From Penicillus capitatus (lineage: Eukaryota; Plantae; Chlorophyta), in NCBI GenBank assembly GCA_965649825.1, contig OZ287694.1, positions 867,197 to 931,196 of the forward strand: 64,000 nt of DNA. The letters are read 5' to 3'. The notes beneath the pieces are model-generated. The model was not told the origin of the DNA, did not search any database, and worked only from the letters and a program-made list of their open reading frames with translations. A program made the position numbers and the translations under genes. Below are positions 49,260 through 61,035 of this stretch, in pieces. How positions within the stretch are numbered: position 1 is the stretch's first letter; each line of letters starts with the position of its first letter.

Positions 49260-50470
49260 GGTTCGATAGCGTGTCTTCTGACACTTTGCCTTGTTAGTGT
49301 ACAGGCTCTCGCCAATGAAAAGGCAGATGACGCGAAAGTGATCGCGTTCTTGGAGAATATATGGTCCACATCATTACACGGGATACGCGGCAGCAAGAAG
49401 ATAGGGGTGAATGACTGGCTGCAGTGTTCTGCAGTTCCATCAGTCTGTCGCATCGCATCCTTCAGAGCCATCTTGTGCACAGAATAACTACCGTCTTGCT
49501 GCAGAGTGGAGAGCTTCGCCTTTAGTGCACAGTGTGTCGGTATGCACAGTATCTGCCTTTGTTTGAATACAAGTGTTCGGCAGTTGGCGATAGCTTTACC
49601 GCACGGATTTGATGGAAATTTTGTCGCGGCGGAATTGGAGGATTGCATACTCGATATATGAAGACTGCCAGAGTCGAGATGCTAGTAGAGCGAAGAAGGC
49701 AGACGAATCACAATGTCGCTGACGGCTGAGCAGTTGCCATAACCTCGCTTTGTTGTGATAAATTTGGTAAAAGACTTCAGAGGCCAACTGCAATTGTCGA
49801 TCCCGAGATTAGCTCTTGTGCAGTCCAAGTGACCGGAAATATGTTTCTTGATAATTCGACCAAGGACTCGAGGGAATCGCAAGATTCTCCCTTTCCGCTT
49901 TATCTCGGGAATTTTGGAGTGGATTACCTCACTCATGAACCAGCCGCACAATGTAAACATCTACGCATAAGACAGATACACGAATAGCGGATTCATAGTT
50001 TGTTATGGCCAGGTAGTGTCAAGTTGATCGGACGTTCTTCATGAGGCGTTTGGACGATGCTGAAAGCCAACGGTGTATATTGCTGAGTCTCTTGCCTTTT
50101 CTAAGAGATTGTTGTTACGTTGTCCGAATTGAAATCCTGATATTCTTTCTGTTACACGCAGTGCGATACAGCGTCAGACGTACAAAGATGTTTCTTTCCC
50201 TGGAATATTTGTCTTTCTTGGATCTCATTCATATCAAATCTTACAACCAGATTTACGTCAAAAAAACAACAAGTTATCCATTGCGAATCAAATCTACAAA
50301 GAAACGACTGTGCGGTTTGTGTGTATCAGACTTTTGAATCTCATTGCCAAGTCGACAAAACAACAGGCTTGTTGTGTTATCGATTCCACAATCAGCAAAA
50401 AAGAAAAAAATGCACGATGGCGATCTGTGCATGAAGGCCGGTTTGCCTAGGTAAAGAAACAAAGAAAAAT

Positions 50471-53400
50471 TCAGACACCGGATGAGGAGCCCGGATCTGC
50501 ATGCCGAGCTTCATTACTCTGTTCCGGATCTGTAGGCTGAGCTGCATGACTCTGGTTGCGTTTGCCACATAAACGTCCGATCAGGTGACCGATGCAAATG
50601 GAAAAGAAGACTCCCAGAACGCGAAAAACACCCCAGTTATGTGCTTCTTTCATGCCTTGCCCGTCAAGAACGACTTTCAGATACACTACAGCAGATGTGA
50701 CGAAACTGTACATCAATGTAAGGAAGAATCCGCAGACTGATATCGACAATAACGTCGTTACCAATATCCTCACTATGTCAGAAGGGCGGTCGTCATTAAA
50801 GAACAGGCCAGACATAAAAGTGAGTTGCGAGATAACCAAAGAACCTGTTTCCAGAGTGTTCAGAGAATGAAAATCTTCGCTAAAAGGTTGACAAGTGACG
50901 TGAACATAGTTTGCGAATGTGAGAATGCAGACAGCAAAGATCCCCTGGATGTTTGTTCCCAACGGATAGGAGAACGTCACCACAACTGTCAGGACAGCCT
51001 TCCTCAGCATCACGATCGATTCCCAGAAAACAAAACGCTCTTTATAGGCGCGATACAGGAACCCAGTGGCATCTGCCAGCCAAGGATTCTGATCGGGCTC
51101 CTGGGAACGCTGCCGGATCAAGACATAAGCCAAGAGGGCAGGCAGTCCGAAAGAGAAGATGGCGAGGACCGGCCAGCCGGCAGCCGCGGCGAGAACAGCG
51201 TGAGATCCCTCGTAGCACTTCAGGGAGGTGTCCAGCGCCCAGTACTCGTCGGTGTGATCATCGTCGAACCCTGTAGAATCGTGGACCTTGATGCAGTGGA
51301 GCGTGTTGACGGCCGTCTTCGTGATGGAGACGTAGGTTATGAAGGAGACTGCCAAAAAGCTGAGCAGCGCCCTCTTCGCGAAGTACCACGTGTTCTCTTT
51401 GTACTTCCGAGTCATGAGGATCCAGAAGATGAGGTAGAAGATCAGTATGCCTGCAGGAATGAGGAGTTGGACGACCGATCGCAGCACGGATCTGGGAGGA
51501 TCGTTGTGTTGATCGAAGAGGCAGTCGACAGAGAGCGCCACTCCTGCAGTGGCAGCTCCGCTTACGAAGTCTGCAGACACAGCAGCCAGTCAGCAGCCGG
51601 ATCTCGGATTTAAACAGCAAGCATACCTGCCCCGAATAGCAAGGAACGCATCCAAGACGTCCAGTTCACGTTGATGATTGCAGCTGCAGCGATCACTTGG
51701 AGGAAGTTGATGCTGATCTACAACACAGAACAGGTCGAAGGAGGGAAGCCACGAAGGACGTTCGTTCTGCCTTGAAGATCTCGACGACAGTCCGCTTTGC
51801 AATAACTGGGTCTGCTGTCGATTTTGTATCCTTAGATGCAGAGGCAAGCAAATCTGGATGAACCATCTCGGGAGGTACCTCTCCTCTGTACAGCATTTCC
51901 ACCATTTGGAAGTTGACTGGAACGTCGGTCGACGGTCTTTTCTTCGAAGGGACAAGGCGACGATTTCTTCGACTGATTCGATTCGTCGTGGCCTGATATC
52001 CCACCGGCTGAGTGTTCAGGTTACTTCTTATTGCGAAGCTGGAGAGAATGAGCAAAACGAAGAGAGACGCCACAAGAAGCAACACGGTTCCGGAATCGTG
52101 AAGACACATGCCACAATCAAATGACCAAGAACGTCCGTATCCAGCATCACATGAGCCACAGAGGAGCCCTGTGTAACCCTGAGACAGAGAACGCTCAGCA
52201 ATTGGAATATCACTGTCGAAGCTCACTTCTTTGCATTGGGCCTGAGAGTAGTCTCTGTCCAACGACTCGTCCAGTTCGCAGATCTCCATTTCGCTTGTCA
52301 CATCATCCAGATCGTCTTTACGGCCGCTGAAGTCACAAGCCTCTCGTGATACACATTGCTGAACATGTCGAGAACAGGGTGTTCGATGCCAGTAGCCTGC
52401 GTTTGGGTGGATGACTTCGGTGGTGCAGTTCCCATTATCGGGGCATGGTTGACACATTGTTGCATCTGGATCGAAGTTGTACTGCGATCCGCTGCAGAGA
52501 ACACAGAGCGTCCCGTTCTCCTGGGAAAACTCTCCCAGTTGACATCCTCTGACTTGGACCTCGACAGTCAGCGATTCCAGTCCAGACTCGCTGAAGTTTA
52601 TTTGGATCTCAAACCGGCCCGGACGCTGGAATCCTGTGATCGGCGGGAATCCCTTCCGCTTCTCGTTCACTGGCATGTTGATCTCTCCAGAGAACAGATC
52701 ATTCGGAGAACGCATGGTTGCCTCGACGAATGCGTCGCCTTCGCCGAGCGCAGGACTCTGTCCATACCCATCCAGGACCTCGACGAGAAGCGTTGGTAGG
52801 GAATCTCCGCTTCTGTGATTCTTGGAAACGAGTTCGTTGTTCTTTACCGGCTTCTCGGTCTTTGTTGCATCGTTGTTGCGTATGAATCCCCTGGCGGATC
52901 TGGCAGACGAGGCGATGTTTGGGCCGTATAGGCCGGCCTCGTTTGTGGACCACTCCGGACAGATATCCTTGGCCGATTCCAGCGCGTCCAATTCTTTTAA
53001 AACATCTGTCGCATCGATCGCTGGAGGGACTTCTGTGTCTTTGGGAGAGCAAGAGTAACGAAGGACTGTTGGATCTTTCAGGAAGATGGCACCCCCTGAC
53101 GTCTTCGCCTTATTCCTCGAAAACCTGCTGCCTGTTACCGCCACAAAGGCGCAGGGATCCTCTGGATTCGTGCAACTCTGTCTACGACTATGAGTGGCAA
53201 CGTGCACTGCACCTATAACATGATGACTCTCAGGAATTGTTTGCTTCTGAATTATTCCCACACCTCCAATACTGGCATTGTTGTCGTTGAATGTGCAGTT
53301 GTTTAGCTGCAGCGCAGGAGAGCGGGGCTCGGAGGAATCAAAGGCGATTGCTCCTCCATGTTTTTCAGCTTCATTGTCAATGAAAGCACATGTGGAGCAC

Positions 53401-56400
53401 AGAAAGATGGAGGAAAGGTTAGCATGAACACCTCCGCCTGATTCTACTGCCTCACATTCAGTAAACTCGACCCCATAAGCTGTGAGACTTGAGTTGGAGA
53501 GCCAAATGCCTCCCCCACTCTGTGCACTGCTGTTCGAAAACGATGTGTTGACGATGGTCAGCAAGTTCTTCAGATTCGCTGCAATAGATCCACCAGACGA
53601 GATCGCTGTGTGATCTGCAAACACGGAGTTCCTCAACTGCAAACTGGAGTTCCTCATGATTATCGATCCCCCGAGCTGGGCCATGTTTCTCTCAAAGGAA
53701 CTTGCATTTGCAGCCAGTTGGGCATCTTCCAAGAAGACAGCACCACCTTCTCCGACTGCAGTGTTGTCCGTAAGAAGACTGTCTTGAAATGAAGCCGTCG
53801 AAAATCTATCAACATAAAGGCAGCCTCCGAGTACAGAGTTGTTTTCAGTGAAGGAGGAGTTCCTTGCTTTGAAGACACCCGACACAGAACCATTGAGGCA
53901 TCCTCCTCTTACTCCAGCAGAATTGTTCCTGACGGTCGAGTTCACAGCAATCAGTTCCGCATCAACGACGCGGAAAGCACCACCAAATCTTTCAGCTCTG
54001 TTTAAGGATACCGACGAATCTTTAAGGATGAGCACACTTCCGGTGTAGACTCCCAATCCTCCGGCAGCACTGGATGCACTGTTTGTCTCAATCTTGCATC
54101 CAGTCAAATTCGCCATGGTTCCACTTTGAGCTGCAAGTGCTCCGCTGTCTGATGCCGAGTTGACCTGGAAAATAGATGCAAACACTTCGATCATAGACTC
54201 GCCAGAAGCGCTGATTCCTGCGCCAGTTCTGCGGCAAGTGTTTCCATCGATTGTCAGATTTCTGGCAGTGACTGAACAGAGTCCTACGTCCATGGCGCCT
54301 CCAGATCCGTCGGCATAGTTCGACAAGAACTGCGAGTTCACAATCGTGACGTTACTCTGAAAGCAAGCAAAACCGCCACCTCGATCTGGGATAGCTGAAT
54401 TCTCCAGGAAGGTCATGTTGCTCATCGTGGCAACTCCATCGGATACACTCACGCCTCCACCGAAAAACCCAACGTTCTGCGATGCCACACAATCTCTGAA
54501 CTTAATCGTCGAAGCACGTGTCGCTATTCCTCCGCCACCGCTTTGCGCGGAGTTTCTCGAATAGTTGTCGCCTGTCATTGTAGCAGTCCCATTCACAATC
54601 CATAATGCAGCTCCATCGGTCGTCGCTGAATTGTCCATGTAGTGAGATTCGAATGACTCGATGTCTGAATCTTCAACTGACAATCCTCCTCCTTTCAACT
54701 GGGCACTATTAGAAGACCATATGACTTTTTCTATTCGAATGCTGCTCATCTCGTAGATCTCTGCTCCGCCGCCGTTGAGCGAAGCCCGATTGTCTTGAAA
54801 GTGACTTTGCCGGATGATCAGACCTCTTGATGAATGACTGATCAACCCACCGCCTGTCGCAGCAGCATTCTTCTTCAGTGTACAGTTGACCAATGCTGTT
54901 TGTGGTGATGCAATAAGAGAAACGCCTCCACCGCTGTTCCGGGCCACATTCTTTCTTAAGGTTGTGTGCTCCATGTTGCTGTCAGAGATGCTGTCGCAGT
55001 AGAGTGCCCCGCCGTTCTCTGCAGCATTCTTTATCAAGACAGATCTCTGGATGACGAGTTCTTCTGTTAGGAGTGCCGACAGACACCCTCCATTACCAGC
55101 TGTGTTGTTGCTGCATTCTACATTGGATATTCGTGATGCAGTCGTCGCCTCAATAAAGATTGCGCCTCCATTACCAGAAGCAGTGTTGCTCAGAAAGATA
55201 GAGGAGGACAGCTCTAGCATTCCGTCGGAAACAAGGAGTGATCCTGCATCCTTGATGGCCACATTGTTTCGGAAGAAGCAATTGTGGATCGTCAAATTGC
55301 CGTCAAAGGAAGCGACGGCGGCACCGGTTTCTGCAGAGTTAGAAGTAAAATTGCAATTAGACACCGCGATACTGATAGTGGCATTTGAAAAGATCGCAGC
55401 TCCAGATTGCTGGGCGAAGTTCTCATGGAATGCACTGTCTACGACCGTGACAGCTCGGGCTCGGTCCAGCAAGAGAGAGGATTCGCTGGAGGTTTTGATC
55501 TCAGCAGCCCTCAACTCCAGACTGCCTTCGACGATATGGATGACAGACAGTTCGTTTGAACTGGCTCTCAGACGGTTAATCGTCGACGAAGATCCTGACG
55601 AGGACGACATAAGGGTTGACGATAACCTTCCTTCAGAGATGCGTCTGTTCTTCCTCAGAGTCAATCCTCTTAGATCGTTCTCCAGAGAGAGTCTGGCAAA
55701 GCACCGATCACCGCAGGTGTTGTCTGAGAAGGCGACGTCGATCATCTCCAAGGACGAGCAGGACGAACTGGAGAAGGAGAGACCACTGGCTCCGTCGAGC
55801 GAGTTTCGTCTGAACGCCACGTGATGGAGCCTGATCAATCCCGGAGAGCTGTCCGGCAAGCAGTCGCCGACCTCGATGATGGAGGCATCATCTCCGTCCA
55901 ACGAGCAGCCCCGAAAGACGAGATTGGCCAGGAGTACACTTTGAGACCTGCAGAAGACTAACGGTCAGTCACATCGCCAATCACGCATTTGCTTTTACCT
56001 GATGTGAAAGATCCCATCCTTCGGCGGACATCTGAGTCGGACCTTTCTCTCTGCCTCCGGGAATGTACCATCAGCGAGCTTGGTTGATGTGACGTAGGAA
56101 CTCAGAGTGAGATTCCAAGGCACTGTGACTCTGGCAGGCACTCGTATGTCGTCCTCGACGTCCAGAAGAACGACATCGTTCTCTCTTGTGCAGTTGACGA
56201 TGGCACCAAGATCATCGGATACGCCTTCCAGTGCCGCCGAGTCCACCAACCATGTCCTCGTCTCTTCGTCCAACAGCTCTGCTATCTCTTGTCGTGTCAG
56301 CTGGCACGCCACATCTGTCCACGCCAGACACAGTTGGACTATGGTTTCAGAACAGCTTCTCCCTTACCTTCGGTATCAGGGCCGCGGGATCTTCTCTGCG

Positions 56401-56854
56401 CCAAACCACGAGTAGGCGGGCGACCCTTACAACAGTCACGTTCAACACCGCAACCCGAGAGATAGAGAAGGTAACAAGATACCAGAGCTTCTTGAGGGAA
56501 TCCGGCTTTCTGTAGATTCCAATCTGCAGTGTGTCCACTCCTAGTATCTAGCAAGACGACATCATCACTACGTCGTCGTATTGCGAGAAACGCAGACAGG
56601 CGCAGTACGCCGTACGCCGTACGCGAACGCGAGAAGTGAAGTCCACCGCCGTATAAGCAGATTACGGATGCGACGTCTAGAAAACCCGCTTACAAACCTG
56701 GAGAGAATAGTTTTTCGGTGAAATTGACGCGTTTGCTTTCTTTGATCGTTGCGTTGACCCTTGTAAACAACAGAAGCAAGGAGCAGAGGTGAGTCATTTT
56801 GGAGCATTGGCGGAATTTGCGGCGGGAGTATTCTCTCCCTTTCCGCATCTGCAT
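50471..56854 (-). CDS. Receptor-like protein copy 5 (head type II)
   Basis: First exon ...MTHLCSLLLLFTRVNA|TIKESK; ORF 51693-55901 spans beta-helix, stalk and TM1; TM exon 50471-51580. Ends SSGV-TGA. Start codon approximate. Confidence 0.85.
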
Positions 56855-58695
56855 GTGCAGCCTATCGTGTTCGTCCATACTAAGACGCAGACGCCTTTTT
56901 TCGCTGCTACTTCCTGTTGTTTAAACAGAAACCTTAAAGTGTCTGGCTCCTCGAAGCAACCTGCGGGCGCAATGATATAAACTGAGAGTCATTAGCCACG
57001 AACATTTGTTACCGGCGATGACGCTACAGCGAAGGATGCCAAGTGTCCTCCGCTTTTCAACGTGTCGGTCACCTTCTGGTGTGTTCGTTCATTGATAAGT
57101 CGCTCCGTCGGTCGAGTCAAAACGGCAAGGGTTTTTATTGTCTGTCAAAAATACCGTGTGTTCGTCCGTTCTGTAAAGCAGTGTTGAATTGTTTCGCATT
57201 TGCTCGACTATGTGGAAAGATGCACGAATTCGATCGAGCCGCCTTGCTCAATATTTTCCAATCCAGTCGATTTTCGTTGTTTCTCAACTCGCCAGGCGCG
57301 TCTGTCCGGTGCGCTTGGGAATGTTAACCAAGTGCCCAATCTGTTGATAAACAGCCTTGCATCTGGCAGATTCCTCTTTCGGCTGACATAAAAATACTCA
57401 CCGTTTTCCCTCGGTTGTCGTTTGAATGGCCCATAGGCCTTAGGCGGCAAGACGTTAACAAATCTTAGCAGTTGGGTTGCATTGAGATGAATTTTTGACC
57501 TTCGCAAGTTCGTACTCCAAATATAGCGATAGAGAAAGTCGACTGTCGTCTGACTTGATCTTGTGGAAAGCGAATAGAAGAACGAAAGCTGCCTTGACAA
57601 TTGTTCGTTTGTTCGTTTGTTATCTATCCTATTGTATTCATAATGAGATCAAAATCGCACTAGACGTCCCGATTTATTAATTGTGAGGTGTCGACATCTG
57701 CTGATCGAATATTAATTACTATGTATGCACTACTGTGTCTCTCATCGGCATTTCTTTCATTCTGATTGGACAACTCGAGCTTCATCCCGAATTCGCGAAA
57801 GAGTGGGTAGAAAGGTGTTCACCACAGCACGACGTCTAAGTTATCACGGATGCATTGAGAAATGACCATCGGTCATTTCATCTGTCAAGATAGCAAACAC
57901 TTCGAATGGACTGTCTCACTGTCCTATCTCTAACAACATCAGCACATGAGAAGACGGATTACCTACAGTTCTTTTTGCACACGAGAAGATCACACCACAA
58001 ATGTTGTTGTGCGTATCAAACTGAAAGTCATGTCCGTTAGTTCATTTTCTTGCTTTGAGAAACTGACGAAGTCTCTTAGCAGATGGCAGTCGCTTCACAT
58101 AGTAAAGGTTGCTTTTTTAGATTAAGAGCTGAAATCATCCATTCATGCTGCTGTTTCGCAGATGGTATCAAGACAATCACGCAAAGTGGCTTGTCTTTCG
58201 AATCAACGACGCTCTTACCAGTTTTCGTTTCTTACCTTAGATGAACGCCGTAGGTTCTTCGATGGAGATAGAGGAAATACGATCCTTCTAGAATGAGATA
58301 GATAAGAAAGCTGAACAAACAAAAAACCGACCCGTATTGAGTCTGAAAACGGGCGGAGAAGACGTCAGCGGGGGCGAAGAAAAGAAAACGATTCAGCGCC
58401 AGTGGATATTGGTAGACAGACAAGACTTAGACTTCGGGTCAGCGACGTGATGAATAGCCAGCTGTGTACTTGAAAAAGAAAGCGCATTGTTACTTGGTAG
58501 CTTCCCATGCAGCAGGCAAGCACCACCGTATGACTCGCGTTTTCGCATCGGTGATAAGAAGCTGGTGCCAATGCCCCCGCGGCCAAGGGTATTTAAACGG
58601 AGAGCCGACTCTTTCGCAGTATACTTTTTCTGGAGAGTGAAAAGCAAGGTTTACAAAATCGGAAGACCACGAAGAACGTCGTCATACTGAAAACC

Positions 58696-59319
58696 ATGTC
58701 GTCGTTAGCACTCAGGCACTGTTTCTCTTGCTTTGTGAGTCGTCCATCGATATTTAAACGGATCTTTAGCTAACTCAGCGGTTTTTATCTTAAGGCGATA
58801 CTGTGCTGTCTCGCTCTTACTAATGGTAAGTCCCTCGAACAAGAAATCGTGTATAACAGTAGAAGAATAAACTGTTAGCCACAAGAGGTTTCGCAAGGGA
58901 AGCTGCTGCCGACCAAGAACTCCTGGACGATACGATGACGTTGAATGTTGATAAGCAAAGAAGACGATTATTACAGGACGGGAGATATCGCGTCCCTGAC
59001 CCACCAATCGCGGCTGCTGATGTGGCGGGTAGGAGCTTCCTTCCAGTCCGTCTGTGCGAAGGGGTCATTTTTAGAGGAGCTGTCGAGTTGCGATGGCTTT
59101 TTTGCAGTTGTTGAATGCATCCCAGCTAACACAGGACGGGCTCAGCTCAGGGGAATCTTGAGTCGTCTATTCGAACCGAACGACCTTGTTTTGTTCACGT
59201 TTCTCCTTGATCTGGGACTGCCGTTCACTATTCAAACTGATGGCATCTTTTTTGACCTGACAATACCCACGCGCTGCTCAGTTTCAGTGGTGAAAACTCT
59301 TGATATGATCCTAGGATGA
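58696..59319 (+). CDS. Small secreted preproprotein D (type II)
   Basis: MSSLALRHCFSCF|AILCCLALTNA|TRGF with a 31-nt micro-exon; RRRLLQ; third 46-nt intron; VECIP; C-terminal FLLDLGLPFTIQTDGIFF (diverges afterwards). Confidence 0.7.
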
Positions 59320-61035
59320 CTGACATGGAGTCTGCCGTTTAGGGTCCGGGAACTGCTCAACTGATTGTCAATGCGTCTCCAATCTCCAGTGGATAATTTG
59401 CTTGAAACGTGTGGGTCGGCAAGCGAACTTCGCAATGCCATTTTTTCATTGATCACGGTTGCTTGGATTCTCAAGCTTCGTCAGAAGTCTGGAAAGTCAC
59501 GTTTCGAGGAGTTGATGAAAAATCTATTAACCGTCAAATCTTGAAGAGATTTGCCCTTAGTCTTTCTTTTATTGTGGCATCTATGCTTGTGGAAAGCTAA
59601 GAGCTGAGAAACAAGCGCCTGGATGCTCCTGTAAGATTGGCAAGATTTGTTCATATCGCCGTACGAACTGTGACTACATGGCTGACGGATGATTTATTGC
59701 GTCGCTTCCCTACTCTACACCGATACCTAATAGAAAACAAGTTTCAGGCAAAGCGTGCCGACAACTATGCGAGCATCGGACCCGGCCGATAACAACCTTC
59801 ACTTTACCCCTGTACTTGATAGCTGTCATTGGTTAGATTCCCGGAAAAGGAGCAATTCCATTCAGTCGGGCTGCGCAAGGCCGGTGATGTTACACAGATG
59901 AGCTGAATATTTCAACTTAGTACAGATCCTCGACAGTATTTGTTCTGCCGCGCTGCTGCCTTGACGGTAAGATAGAAAAAGAAAGCGGTGGTAGGACGAA
60001 GAAACGGCCGTCGGGCATTTGCTAAACTGCTTACAATGAACGACTTCCCTGGATACTCTTGTAGAGTTTAAATCATAGAACAAACAAACACTGCGGTGTC
60101 AAAATCGCTGTGCCAAGCTGACAAGACCCGAACGATAGGTCCGCGTATTGTACGACATCATCATAGACTGACCATGTCAAGTGCTTTAGGAGATTTCATG
60201 TCATAGTAAACGTCTGATTGTAATCGAATGTCCATAGTGGTGATCTCTTGTTTTTCCTCAATATGACTGGATCGCCGCAACGACAGACAATCGAATGCGC
60301 GCTTTAGTCCTGCATGAAAGCGATTTCGCAACGCAGACGACAGAGCATTCATCACACACAGTACGTCAAATTGAACTTTGGTTACAGGAGTGTGGGGATG
60401 TTCATCATCCACTTGCAGCGACAAATAGAACTTTCATCAACATTGAGCAAAGTGTTTTGTTCATGCAAACTGCCACGAAACTCGTGAGATTTCAGAATCA
60501 TACTTCAGAATGGACAACATGTTAATAGAACGCAGGTTTTCATAGGGATGATGCAGGTTCACAACAGCAGCACATACATCTCTGCAAATAAACGCTCTCT
60601 CGTATTCACTGCTTCGCTGTTATGGCTAAGAGGTTATCTTTCAACAAACTGTTTATTACTTGACGACCAGAACGTGGACAAAAAAGCCCATGAACTGTAA
60701 AGAATATTGTGAGATTCTCTCTCATTTGTAAGATCCATCCAATACGATTTTTCTTAACCATCAACATATCCACCATTTTGTGTGATCATTCCATCTTCTA
60801 GAGGTTCTGGAAAAAAGATCGGCCCCTGTTCGTTAGCCGAAAAAAGACAAAATGAAAACCTCTGCGACGATTGGTTTGCAACATTGGACCCAAACTGATT
60901 TGTGAAATTGATGATGCACTTAAAACATGGGCGCATCCGAGTAGTGTAAAACAAAACAAAAAATACAGACTGAGATTCAGTGGAAAAGGTCCCATAGTTT
61001 GTCCCACCATTGAAGTCGGTGTAGAAGTGGTTCAC

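Noticed and set aside
17529-55901. Bacterial (Chlamydia-like) Pmp autotransporters or contamination
   Set aside because: The genes have conserved spliceosomal introns, eukaryotic signal peptides and alpha-helical TM domains, and no C-terminal beta-barrel.
59830-59885. SRP-helix-8-like (ccggaaaaggagca) and U6-like (ctgcgcaagg) strings
   Set aside because: Short matches only; surrounding conserved structure and sequence are absent.
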